In this document: positions 26,657 through 35,779 of the stretch, piece by piece
Numbering within the stretch: the first letter of the stretch is position 1
Layout of the letters: each line of letters starts with the position of its first letter
Virus record (IMG/VR): IMGVR_UViG_3300048579_000388
Coordinates: 1-64,000 of that record
Length of the DNA: 64,000 nt
Source of the DNA: a virus
Taxonomy: Duplodnaviria > Caudoviricetes
Direction: 5' to 3' (one strand)
The notes under the pieces: generated by a model
The model's database searches: none
The model's input: only the letters and a program-made list of their open reading frames with translations
Told to the model about the DNA's origin: nothing
Made by a program: the position numbers and the translations under genes

Positions 26657-27066
26657 GGATAAACCCTCTCGCTGAGCGATTTGCCAATCGCCTGAGCGAC
26701 CTCCGATGCGCGCTCGGCATCCGACACATTGACCGAGATATGGCTGGTTAGCGCCATGCGCTCGTGTCTTCCGACCTTACGGGCGACTTCCTGCAGTGCG
26801 GTCAGGATCTGCTGCTGGTCGCGCTTCAGCTTCGCGATTTCGGTTGCCAGTTCATCGACGCGGCTTTCCACTTTGAGGCGAAAGGTCTTGGGCATCGCCT
26901 TTGGCGTTGCTGCGCGGTCAAGGGCTGCGGCGCAAGTCAGCAGACTTTCGGCGATCTTGCGGGCGGCATCGGCCGTCATAAGGACCTCTGGCGACACAGA
27001 AAAACCGCGCTCCACGACGTAGCAGCTGACGCTGTCACCGCTGGTCTGAACAAGAAGTCGCGCCAT
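26650..27066 (-). CDS. Hypothetical coiled-coil protein
   Basis: 138 aa in leftward operon. Confidence 0.5.
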   Translation of the reverse strand: MARLLVQTSGDSVSCYVVERGFSVSPEVLMTADAARKIAESLLTCAAALDRAATPKAMPKTFRLKVESRVDELATEIAKLKRDQQQILTALQEVARKVGRHERMALTSHISVNVSDAERASEVAQAIGKSLSERVYPC

Positions 27067-27669
27067 CAGCAGCCCTCCATGCGAAGCTGGCCGGCTGCGA
27101 TCTGGCGGGCATAGCGGGCGCGCTGGCGGGTCGAGGAGTGGGGGTAAGTCCTGCCGCTACGCAGGCGGAAGCTGGGCTTGCCCCAGCTCGCCTGCTTCTC
27201 GGCGATCAGCATGTCGGTGTAAGTGCCACCCACGCCGCCGGCCAGAAGGATGAAGGGCGAGATGATGGAAGACAGGAGACCGTAGGGGAAGCGGCGCATC
27301 AGTAAGCCCCCATGATCGAGCCGACGGCCGAGGCGAGCGCGGCCGAGACGATGACGACGAGCATGAGCGTGATACCAGGGGTCGGCGATGGCTCGGGTCG
27401 GGTGATGAGGTCGGAAAGCTGGAAGCGCATGAAATTCCCCGATGTATTGAATATCCGCCAGCCGCGCGCGGCGGCGGATGCTCAATCCATCGTGCTTAGT
27501 GGATGCTCTCAGCCATCTTGCGCGCCGTGTCGGCGGCGTAGGTGCCGAGCTTTTCGACGGTCTTGGCGCCGAAGAGGGGGATCAGTTCTTCCTTGGTGGT
27601 GTGTCCGTCCAGCATGGCCTTGGCCATTTCGGTCAGGGTCGAGCGGTCGGTGGTGGAGAGGGTCTGCAT
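27066..27669 (-). other. Cluster of small leftward early ORFs (27066-27299, ~27301-27430, 27496-27669)
   Basis: Short ORFs with RBS-like sequences at the head of the leftward operon. Confidence 0.4.
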
Positions 27670-27830
27670 GGCTTTTCCTTTCTGGTGTGCCGCGGTCGGG
27701 TAACGAGCCCGCCCCGGCTGGCGGTGAATTCTCTCGGTGTCTTCAGCTACTTTTTCATGGCTGCCTCCCTTTTGGGTTGCGTCGCTACTCCCTTAGCGCC
27801 AGACTGAACCCGGTGATACGGAGGGGAAAA

Positions 27831-28169
27831 ATGAAGAGGGTGATCGGTGTGATCGGCGCGATGCTGATGGCAGGCTCTGCGGGCGCCAGCGAAAGGCAAG
27901 ATGCGCTTGAGAGGATCGGCGAAGCGGTGGCCTTCAGCCTGGCTTGCCCGCAGGCGAAGCTGAATGGGGACAACATGGACCTTGTCGCGATCGAATACGG
28001 TATCGACCTGACAACCGGTTCCAGCGACAGCATTTCGATCAACGCAGTCTCGTCGCAGCGGATGGACATCTATCGCAAGTATGCGGAGTCCGCGGTTTGC
28101 CTGGTTGCCATCGATCTCTTCGGTCCCAGCGGACGCCGGATACCGAATTTGCTGATCGATGAGCGCTGA
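27831..28169 (+). CDS. Exported protein (moron), superinfection-exclusion candidate
   Basis: Strong RBS; signal peptide MKRVIGVIGAMLMAGSAGA; two Cys; antisense to the early operon. Confidence 0.65.
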   Translation: MKRVIGVIGAMLMAGSAGASERQDALERIGEAVAFSLACPQAKLNGDNMDLVAIEYGIDLTTGSSDSISINAVSSQRMDIYRKYAESAVCLVAIDLFGPSGRRIPNLLIDER

Positions 28170-28300
28170 GACAATTCCAGACATTCCGGCTCCAGCCGGT
28201 GGGATGTCCCGGCCGAACGGCCGGGAAGCCCCAACCGTCCGGCCGGGGTTTGATCTCGCTGGGAGGAGGAGCGCGAGACCCGTGCACCGGTCAACGGAAA

Positions 28301-28309
28301 TGCTTATAA
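28301..28309. promoter_or_regulatory. Candidate OL operator motif TGCTTATAA
   Basis: Same 9-mer at 29374-29382 and 29442-29450 in the cI-cro gap. Confidence 0.55.
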
Positions 28310-28397
28310 TCCATAATTATAAAAAATGACAAGCGAAAATTATAAGAAGAGCTTGGAAAAAGCGACTCGACTCTCGTCTCAAAAGAATCAATTATGA

Positions 28398-28412
28398 GAA
28401 CGTACGTAGAAC
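28398..28412 (+). promoter_or_regulatory. Alphaproteobacterial LexA (SOS) box
   Basis: GAAC-GTACGTA-GAAC 10 bp upstream of ORF 28423 in an AT-rich promoter. Confidence 0.75.
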
Positions 28413-28422
28413 AACGGAGTTC

Positions 28423-28728
28423 ATGATGGGCTTGGCGGATCCCGTGTTGAATGATGCTAACGTCATCTCGATTGAGTGCGGCGATTGCGGACGCAGCAGA
28501 TGGAGGAAGCCGGCTCAGCTTCTTTCGAGAAAAATTTCGCTGTCAACGCCGCTGAGCGAAGTCGTCTCCAAATTCTACTGCCTTCCCTGTAGAGAAGAGG
28601 GTTCAGACGGCAAGAATGTCACGGTGGACGTTATGTTTTGTGTCGATTTCGACCGGGTGACTGCTGAGCAGGCAGTACTTAGAACCCAAGTAGTTCTTTC
28701 GTCGGGATTACACGCCAAAGCGTCTTAA
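28423..28728 (+). CDS. Small Zn-finger protein, probably SOS-inducible
   Basis: CGDC...CLPC; follows SOS box; convergent with cI. Confidence 0.65.
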   Translation: MMGLADPVLNDANVISIECGDCGRSRWRKPAQLLSRKISLSTPLSEVVSKFYCLPCREEGSDGKNVTVDVMFCVDFDRVTAEQAVLRTQVVLSSGLHAKAS

Positions 28729-29374
28729 CGCCGTAGCGATCAAAAATCAGTTCCCGTTCTGGGTTGAACTGTTTGACAACAATATCCTTCGACGTACGGC
28801 GTAGCAGTCGCTTGACGAATGCTTTCCCGGCCTCGCCCTCGTTTTCAGGGAACATTTCAATTACCACATCATCCCCGGGAACAGGTTCGCGTCCCCCGCA
28901 GACAATTACCTCGCCAGCGGAGAATCGGGGTTCCATGCTGTCGCTCAATAGATTGAGCGCGAAGACGTTACGAACGTTGGCAATGCCAGGTGGCCTCCGA
29001 ATGTAGCTTGCCACCTCGCCGTTAAAGGAAAAATCTCCTTCGTCCCCGCCGTAGGCAACGCCGCGCACCTCGAGATCCATCGGGCCTAGCGCATTCGCTG
29101 GGGTGAGATCTGTCACGATTTCTGCGTCACCGAGATCGTCATCTCCCAAATAGATAAGTTCACCGCGGGTCAAGGCGGTCGGATCAACGCGAAGCTTTTC
29201 GGCGGTCCTTACCAAATTCTCAGTCGAGGGAAGGTTTGTGCCGATTTCCCACTGTCCCACGGCGGCGGTTTTAACGCCCACGTGTTCGGCAATATTGCGC
29301 TGAACGAGGCCGCGCCTTTTTCGCGCGGTCCGGATAGCTATGCCGATCTGCTGTGCCAGCGTGCCTTTAGTCAT
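28679..29374 (-). CDS. cI: CI/LexA-family repressor (HTH plus S24 peptidase)
   Basis: N-terminal HTH; SDSMEP and FVKRL Ser-Lys dyad motifs. Confidence 0.92.
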   Translation of the reverse strand: MTKGTLAQQIGIAIRTARKRRGLVQRNIAEHVGVKTAAVGQWEIGTNLPSTENLVRTAEKLRVDPTALTRGELIYLGDDDLGDAEIVTDLTPANALGPMDLEVRGVAYGGDEGDFSFNGEVASYIRRPPGIANVRNVFALNLLSDSMEPRFSAGEVIVCGGREPVPGDDVVIEMFPENEGEAGKAFVKRLLRRTSKDIVVKQFNPERELIFDRYGVKTLWRVIPTKELLGF

Positions 29375-29455
29375 GCTTATAATTGGGCTTGGCCCAACCT
29401 TCCGGTCTACATAATTATCGCTTGCACGAATTTGTAATTTATGCTTATAAGCGGC
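29372..29455. promoter_or_regulatory. OR switch region
   Basis: AT-rich gap with TGCTTATAA twice, including palindrome GCTTATAAGC. Confidence 0.6.
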
Positions 29456-29456
29456 C

Positions 29457-29675
29457 ATGACTGATCAACTTGCCATGTCTGAACTGTACGAGAAGGCTGG
29501 TAGCGCGTCCGAATTGGCGCGCCGGCTCGGGATATCGCCATCTGCTGTTCTGCAGTGGGATAAAGTGCCGGCCAACCGTGTCTTAGCGGTTGAGAAGATC
29601 ACTGGGATCTTACGACATCTTCAGCGCCCTGACATCTTTGGCGATGCGCCCGTTGTGCCGGAGGCCGCCGAATGA
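29457..29675 (+). CDS. cro: Cro/YdaS-like regulator
   Basis: ELARRLGISPSAVLQWDKVPANRVLAVE...RPDIFG; divergent from cI. Confidence 0.85.
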   Translation: MTDQLAMSELYEKAGSASELARRLGISPSAVLQWDKVPANRVLAVEKITGILRHLQRPDIFGDAPVVPEAAE

Positions 29676-29684
29676 AGCGCCCCG

Positions 29685-30089
29685 CTAAGACTGCAGTTTT
29701 GGCTTTAAGCGACGAGCGAGTTGCACCTCAGCGTCTTCGATCCATTTCTGGACAGATGAAGGAGCAAGACGAAGCGTCAGAGAGGTCGCTCCTGGAGATT
29801 TCGCTTGCAGGACGAATTTTTCCTGCAGTTGAAGTTTCTCTATCTTTTTCTCGATCTCAAGTGGTTGCAGTTCCCCAGGGGCAAGAACATGCCCGGCTGT
29901 TGCGTGAAAATCTTTCGATTCTCGTAGGAGGAGCGCATCAACCATGATGTGGACAATCTCCCGATCGAGCCCTTTCGGTATCATGATCGACAGCTGGTCG
30001 CCATCAGCAGTCCTGACGCCAACGTACATGTCCTCACCGCGCACATGGAGTTGCAACAAGTCTGTGACTTCGATCGATTTTGTGGTCAT
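29685..30089 (-). CDS. Hypothetical moron protein antisense to the PR operon
   Basis: 134 aa, strong RBS, AT-richer. Confidence 0.55.
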   Translation of the reverse strand: MTTKSIEVTDLLQLHVRGEDMYVGVRTADGDQLSIMIPKGLDREIVHIMVDALLLRESKDFHATAGHVLAPGELQPLEIEKKIEKLQLQEKFVLQAKSPGATSLTLRLAPSSVQKWIEDAEVQLARRLKPKLQS

Positions 30090-30371
30090 GCGGCCCCCCT
30101 CTGACTTTGCCGTGAAATGCAAGCATATTGCGAGCCTTCTGTCGATGGTGCTGCGCTTGCGTGCGCCTCACCCTGTTCCCTCCCGGCAGCGTGTCGCCAG
30201 GCTGCCGGAAACTCTCCCCGGATCGTCCGTCCCAACTTGCGATCCGGGGTCTTTTCCTTCGATGGCATGCGGTCCTCCATAAGCGTCTGACTGGGCGGAC
30301 CATCACATCTTCAATTCAATCCCACCACGGGATTTTCTGCCACGCAATCCCGTGGCGGGACGGGGGTTTTT

Positions 30372-30872
30372 ATGTCTCAGGACGAAGCCTGGTTTCACCG
30401 CATCAAGAGCGCGCAGCGCGACCTGATCCGCCTGTGCGGCGGGCTCGATCGATGCGTCGAGGTTACCTCGATCTCGCGCAGCCATCTCGGCCGCATGCAG
30501 AATGCCGCCGATGCCGAGATCATGCCGATCGCGGCGGTGATCGCGCTCGAGGCCGATTGCGGCCAGGCGCTGATCACGTCGGTCATGGCCAGCATCAATG
30601 GCCGACGGCTGACCGATCCGGAACAGGAAGAGGCGGTGAGCGCCTGCGTGCTGTCGAGCTATGCTGACTATCGCCGCGAGGATGCCGAGCTCGGCGTCGA
30701 GGTCGCGCTCGGCATGGCCGACGGCGCCTTGACCCCGGCCGAGATAACCCGCGCCGACCGCAAGGCCGCGAAGGTGCAGGAGAAGCTTGCCGATTTCCGC
30801 TCGGCGCTCGCCTCCGGCAAGGCGATCGGCGGCACGAAGACGCGTCTGCGCGTGGTCGGGGAGGGTGAATGA
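30372..30872 (+). CDS. CII-like phage regulatory protein
   Basis: Position after cro; MPIAAVIALEADCG pattern. Confidence 0.6.
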   Translation: MSQDEAWFHRIKSAQRDLIRLCGGLDRCVEVTSISRSHLGRMQNAADAEIMPIAAVIALEADCGQALITSVMASINGRRLTDPEQEEAVSACVLSSYADYRREDAELGVEVALGMADGALTPAEITRADRKAAKVQEKLADFRSALASGKAIGGTKTRLRVVGEGE

Positions 30873-31222
30873 TGCGCCTCCTGTCCTTTGCCGGCATCCT
30901 CCTCGCCTGCCTAGGCATCGCCTTCGGCCTTTGCGTGATGGTGGCGCTGCTGTCGTTGTTCTCGGTCAGCTTCGCGCACACCGCGCCTTCCGGGTGGTCC
31001 TATGACAGCAGCTGCTGCTCGACGACGGATTGCCGGCAGGTGCCGGCGAGCTGGGTGCGCGAGACGGGCGAGGGCTATCTGCTCGTCAAGACGCGCGAGA
31101 TGCTGCGTCATGGCGACAAGCGCATCAAGGTCAGCCCGGATGGGCTGTGGCACTGGTGCACGACGGCCGGCAGGGACGATGCCGGCACCATTTGCCTCTA
31201 TGTGCCGCCGCGGGGGATGTGA
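30869..31222 (+). CDS. Exported Cys-rich small protein
   Basis: Hydrophobic N-terminus; HTAPSGWSYDSSCCSTTDC...WHWC...TICLYVP. Confidence 0.65.
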   Translation: MMRLLSFAGILLACLGIAFGLCVMVALLSLFSVSFAHTAPSGWSYDSSCCSTTDCRQVPASWVRETGEGYLLVKTREMLRHGDKRIKVSPDGLWHWCTTAGRDDAGTICLYVPPRGM

Positions 31223-31410
31223 TGAAGCGATCCTCCGATTTCGAACAGCGCGAAACCGAGCTCGACAGGTCCATCGACGCGATTGCCCAGCAGCATGTCG
31301 AGGACGGTTCGGACTGGCGCAGGCATTTCCACGCCAATCACGGCCGGTTCTGGGCCGGTATCCCGCGCCTCGGTGATGATCGCCGCTGGCAGAATGCGAG
31401 GGCGGCATGA
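31222..31410 (+). CDS. Small hypothetical protein
   Basis: 62 aa, coupled to neighbours. Confidence 0.45.
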   Translation: MKRSSDFEQRETELDRSIDAIAQQHVEDGSDWRRHFHANHGRFWAGIPRLGDDRRWQNARAA

Positions 31411-31901
31411 GCGGCTTCTGGACCATGGACGCAAAGCGGCAGGCCGCAGAGATCTGGAACAATGGCGGGTCGGCGAGCGACATTGCCAAGGTTTTCGGCG
31501 TCAGCCGCAACTCCGCAATCGGCATCGTTCATCGCAATCGCGGTCTGTTCAAGACCAAGCCTCGACAGGTGAAGCAGGCGCGGTTGCCGAAGCCGGAGAA
31601 GATGTTCCGGCCAAAGCTGGTCAAAGCTGCGCCCCGCGCGGCAGCTCTGCGTGTCGTCGCCACGGTGACTGCGGAACTGCACGAGATGTTCGAGGCGGCT
31701 GAGCCGGTCGTCGAGGCCGTCGAAACCAGTTTCTCGCCGATCAGGCCCATCCCCTTCCTCAAGGTGACCGATGCGACGTGCCGATGGCCGCTCTGGACGC
31801 TGCCGGACAATCCGGGCGGCGAGGGGCTGTGCTGCGGCGATCCGACGGACGGCAATAGCAGCTGGTGTTCCTATCATCGAAAGCGGGCGAGGGCGCAATG
31901 A
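31407..31901 (+). CDS. gcrA: GcrA-like cell-cycle regulator (phage copy)
   Basis: W...GGSASDIAKVFGVSRNSAIGIVHR and CRWPLW...CCG...WCSYH. Confidence 0.88.
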   Translation: MSGFWTMDAKRQAAEIWNNGGSASDIAKVFGVSRNSAIGIVHRNRGLFKTKPRQVKQARLPKPEKMFRPKLVKAAPRAAALRVVATVTAELHEMFEAAEPVVEAVETSFSPIRPIPFLKVTDATCRWPLWTLPDNPGGEGLCCGDPTDGNSSWCSYHRKRARAQ

Positions 31902-32320
31902 GACTATCCTTTTCGATAGATAATGACGTGATTGCCGGACGCCTGGTCAGCGAGGCGATGCGGCTGCGCTGCGACCCGAGGCAGCTGGGTGCGGCGCTGC
32001 TCAGCGTCGTGCTTGACGGCAGGCTGGTCGATAGCGTGCTCGATGGCAGCGATCCCAAGCGATACGCCCGGCAGAAGCGGCTGCCGATCGAGGACCGGAT
32101 CGACGCGATCATGCTCCATGTCGCCACCGTGATCCACAACAGTCCCGGCGGACAGGCTGCACTCAGCGTGCGTGACATTGCGCGCGCGACCGGCGTCACC
32201 TCTGGCGTCGCTGGGCGGGCGCTCAAGCTGCTGGTCGCTAATGGACGGCTGAATGCGGCGCGCGGCGGTCACAAGGAAAAGACCATCTATTCACTGCCGG
32301 CACGGGAGGCGGGACATTGA
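31898..32320 (+). CDS. HTH DNA-binding protein
   Basis: LSVRDIARATGVTSGVAGRALKLLVANG. Confidence 0.6.
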   Translation: MRLSFSIDNDVIAGRLVSEAMRLRCDPRQLGAALLSVVLDGRLVDSVLDGSDPKRYARQKRLPIEDRIDAIMLHVATVIHNSPGGQAALSVRDIARATGVTSGVAGRALKLLVANGRLNAARGGHKEKTIYSLPAREAGH

Positions 32321-32523
32321 AATCCGACCTCGTCGACGTCAACGGCGTTCGCCATGCTGAAACCACCAAGGCGGTGATGTTCTCGGCTGACGGCGTGCCG
32401 GAGAATGGTGTCTGGCTACCCAAGGCGCATTGTGAATTCGAACCGTTCCGCGGCCGCGACGGCCGGCCTTACGTCAAGGCGACCATGCCGGAATGGCTGG
32501 CGGTTGAAAAGGGGCTTGTCTGA
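32317..32523 (+). CDS. Small hypothetical phage protein
   Basis: ETTKAVMF...VWLPKAH...MPEWLAVEKGL; TTG start. Confidence 0.55.
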   Translation: MKSDLVDVNGVRHAETTKAVMFSADGVPENGVWLPKAHCEFEPFRGRDGRPYVKATMPEWLAVEKGLV

Positions 32524-33902
32524 TGGATTACGCCGAATTCCTTGCCGCCAAGCGCATCATGGATCCTGCGAGCGGTATACCCTACCGCGTCACGCTGCCG
32601 GATTTCTTCAAGCCGCACCAGGCCGATATTGTGCAATGGGGCTTGCGGCGCGGCCGTGCGGCGGTCTTTGCCGGAACCGGGCTTGGCAAGACGCTGATGG
32701 AACTGGTGTGGGCGCGCGAGGTGGCGAGCTTCACCCGCAAGCCGGTGCTGGTGCTTGCGCCGCTTGCCGTCAGCCAGCAGCATGGCGACGAGGCCGCCAA
32801 GTGGGGTGTTGCGGCCTCGGTTGTAACGGCGCAGTCCGGCGCCGATATCGACATCACCAATTACCAGAAGCTCGACCATTTCGACCTGTCCGGTTTCGGG
32901 GGTATTGCTCTCGACGAGAGCTCGATCCTCAAGAACTATGCTGGCCATTATCGCAACAGGCTGATCACCGAAGCGGCCAAGTTGCCGTTCCGGCTTGCGG
33001 CGACCGCCACGCCTGCGCCCAACGACTTCATGGAGCTCGGCAACCATGCCGAATTCCTCGGCGTGATGAGCTATACCGACATGCTCGCGACCTTCTTCGT
33101 GCATGACGGATCCTCGACCCGCAACTGGCGGCTCAAGGGGCATGCCGAGGAGGATTTCTGGCGCTGGATGGCGAGCTGGGCGGTGATGCTGCGCAAGCCA
33201 TCGGATCTCGGCTATTCCGACGAAGGCTACGACCTGCCGGAGCTCAACTATCGTCACCATGTGGTGAGGGCGGACTATGCACCGAGCTTCGAGACAGGGA
33301 CGCTGTTCCCGCTTGAGGCGCGAACGTTGTCCGAGCGGCTTGCGGCGCGGCGCGAGAGTGTCGGCGACCGGACGAAGCTGGCCGTCGAAATTACGGACCG
33401 GTCGCGGCCGCATGTCTGGTGGTGCAACCTCAATGACGAGGCCGATCTCGTCACCCGGAACCTGCCGGGCGCCGTCAATCTGTCAGGCGCCGACGACGAC
33501 AGGGCCAAGGAACGCAAGCTGCGTGGTTTCGCGGACGGCAGCATTCTCCACATGGTGACAAAGCCCGCCATCGCCGGCTTCGGCATGAACTGGCAGCATT
33601 GCGCCTCGACCGGATTTGTCGGCCTCAATGACAGTTTCGAGCAGATCTACCAGGCGATCCGGCGCTTCTGGCGCTTTGGCCAGACCCTGCCGGTGACCGC
33701 GCATTTCATATCGGCCGAGCGCGAAGGTGCCGTCGTGGCGAACTACAAGCGCAAGGAAGCGGACAACGATCGGATGGCCGCCATGATGGTCAAGCACATG
33801 GCGGATCTCTCCAGCCGCGAGGTGCGCGGCATCACGCGCGACCGGGCCGACTATGCGCCCAAGGTCGAGATGGCAATCCCTGCATGGATGGAGGCGGCAT
33901 GA
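32523..33902 (+). CDS. SF2 (SNF2-like) helicase
   Basis: FAGTGLGKT, LDESS, TATPAPND, QAIRRFWRFGQ. Confidence 0.85.
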   Translation: MDYAEFLAAKRIMDPASGIPYRVTLPDFFKPHQADIVQWGLRRGRAAVFAGTGLGKTLMELVWAREVASFTRKPVLVLAPLAVSQQHGDEAAKWGVAASVVTAQSGADIDITNYQKLDHFDLSGFGGIALDESSILKNYAGHYRNRLITEAAKLPFRLAATATPAPNDFMELGNHAEFLGVMSYTDMLATFFVHDGSSTRNWRLKGHAEEDFWRWMASWAVMLRKPSDLGYSDEGYDLPELNYRHHVVRADYAPSFETGTLFPLEARTLSERLAARRESVGDRTKLAVEITDRSRPHVWWCNLNDEADLVTRNLPGAVNLSGADDDRAKERKLRGFADGSILHMVTKPAIAGFGMNWQHCASTGFVGLNDSFEQIYQAIRRFWRFGQTLPVTAHFISAEREGAVVANYKRKEADNDRMAAMMVKHMADLSSREVRGITRDRADYAPKVEMAIPAWMEAA

Positions 33903-34984
33903 TGGTCGCGAGCGCGAAAAGATCGCCACGCAAGGCAAAGACGGAGAAACCGGAACCGCAATTGACGGTCGACCAGGTCATCACCGACCGGTACGCGCTC
34001 TATCACGGCGACTGCTGCGAGCTGATCAAGGCGCTGCCGACATCGTCGGTGCATTTCGGGATCCATTCGCCACCCTTCGAGGGCCTGTACAAGTTCTCCA
34101 ACGCCGAGCGGGATATTTCCAATTCAGAAGGCGAGACCTTCTGGCGGCACTACGGCTTTCTGATTTCTGAGTTGTTGCGCGTCACGAAACCCGGGCGGCT
34201 GCATGCCGTACATTGCATGCAGCTGCCGACCTCGAAGAATCGCGACGGCGCGATCGGCATGCGGGATTTTCGCGGCGACGTGATCCGCGCCTATCTTGCG
34301 GCAGGCTGGATCATGCACAGCGAGGTCTGCATCTGGAAGGATCCCGTGGTTGCGCAGACGCGGACCAAGTCGATCCGGCTTCTGCACAAGCAGCTGGTCA
34401 AGGACGCCTCGCTTTCGGGTCAGGGACTTGCAGATTACATGGTGATGTTCCGCAAGCCTGGCGAGAACGACACTGCGATCGCGGGAATGTTCGATCGCTG
34501 GATCGGGCCGGGTGCGGGTGATGGCGGGCTTGACCTCACGGAGGACGGCTATGCCGCCTATTGCCGGTCGGTCGAGGCAGAGAAGAAAAAGCCCTGGCCT
34601 TTCGACATGTGGCGGTCGGTGTCGGTCTGGCAGCGCTATGCGTCGCCAGTCTGGATGGATATCCGCCAAACCCGAACACTGCAGTATCGCTCGGCGCGCG
34701 ACCATAAGGACGAGCAGCACATTTCGCCGCTGCAGCTCGACGTGATCGAGCGGTGCATGGAGCTGTGGTCACTGCCTGGTGAGACCGTGCTCACGCCGTT
34801 CCTTGGGATTGGATCCGAGGTCTATGTAGCCGTCGAGATGGGGCGAAAGGGCATCGGGTTTGAGCTGAAGCCCAATTACTTCCGGCAGGCGGTACGCAAC
34901 ATCGAGCAACTCGACCTGCCGCCGGAGGCGCGGCTGTTCGAAGATCCCGAGATCGAGGTAGAGCCGGAGATGGCCGATGTCTGA
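33899..34984 (+). CDS. Beta-class amino (N4-C/N6-A) DNA methyltransferase
   Basis: SPPF motif IV precedes TPFLGIGSE motif I. Confidence 0.88.
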   Translation: MMVASAKRSPRKAKTEKPEPQLTVDQVITDRYALYHGDCCELIKALPTSSVHFGIHSPPFEGLYKFSNAERDISNSEGETFWRHYGFLISELLRVTKPGRLHAVHCMQLPTSKNRDGAIGMRDFRGDVIRAYLAAGWIMHSEVCIWKDPVVAQTRTKSIRLLHKQLVKDASLSGQGLADYMVMFRKPGENDTAIAGMFDRWIGPGAGDGGLDLTEDGYAAYCRSVEAEKKKPWPFDMWRSVSVWQRYASPVWMDIRQTRTLQYRSARDHKDEQHISPLQLDVIERCMELWSLPGETVLTPFLGIGSEVYVAVEMGRKGIGFELKPNYFRQAVRNIEQLDLPPEARLFEDPEIEVEPEMADV

Positions 34985-35411
34985 GATCACCCTCTACATC
35001 GCTACGAATGATCCAGCTCGCGCACTGATGGGCGTTTTGGCTTGTTCCGAGGCGGACCGGCCGAGCTGGTGCGCCGTGATCAGCGATCCCGATCTGATAG
35101 ACCGGCTGCCCGACGGCGTGCGTGCGGTCGGCATCTGGTATGGCGGCCGCTTCCGGTCGGAGGCTGAAAAGGCCTGGCGCGAACGCCGGTCGATGGGCGG
35201 CATCGTCGGCATGTCGGACGAGGATCTCGAATGGATCGAGCGCTTTATCGAGCGCCGCGACAAGCGCGAGCGCGAGCTTGCCTTTGCCCATATGGCCGAC
35301 CGCATTGACCGACCGGCGCTGGACCCTGCGCTTGAAACCGCACCGGCCAGCATCGTGGCCAATATACAGGAAGATTTTCGATCCATGGCACTGTCGCAGA
35401 GGTGGACGTGA
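34977..35411 (+). CDS. Hypothetical protein
   Basis: 144 aa, overlaps neighbours. Confidence 0.55.
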   Translation: MSEITLYIATNDPARALMGVLACSEADRPSWCAVISDPDLIDRLPDGVRAVGIWYGGRFRSEAEKAWRERRSMGGIVGMSDEDLEWIERFIERRDKRERELAFAHMADRIDRPALDPALETAPASIVANIQEDFRSMALSQRWT

Positions 35412-35779
35412 TGGGCGAGAAAATCCTGCTGATCATCGCGCCGACGCTTTACGACTGCTGCAAGACGGCCGTGCATTGGGGATTCACGATCGGGCAGATC
35501 GACAATTTCCGCAACGTGACGAAGCCGATCGAGCTCCGCAGCGTTCATCCCGGAACGCCCTTCATCACCTTCGACCGCGAGAACTGGGGCAAGACCCGCC
35601 AGGGCTTTGATCTCGACCAGCTGGTCGCGACGCTGCAGCGGACGGGCAAGCTCCGGATCGCGCAGGATGACGATATCGCCGCGCATCGGTCCTATGAGGG
35701 CGTGCCGTTCCGGACGCAGACGGGCGAGGCCTTGCGGTCGGCCGTTGCAACGCTTGGCCGGCTGGGAGCGGGGCGGTGA
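35411..35779 (+). CDS. Hypothetical protein
   Basis: 122 aa, coupled to the primase gene. Confidence 0.55.
   Translation: MGEKILLIIAPTLYDCCKTAVHWGFTIGQIDNFRNVTKPIELRSVHPGTPFITFDRENWGKTRQGFDLDQLVATLQRTGKLRIAQDDDIAAHRSYEGVPFRTQTGEALRSAVATLGRLGAGR

Noticed and set aside
32523-34984. BREX, DISARM or type III restriction system
   Set aside because: No nuclease or other system genes; the pair is embedded in the phage replication operon.
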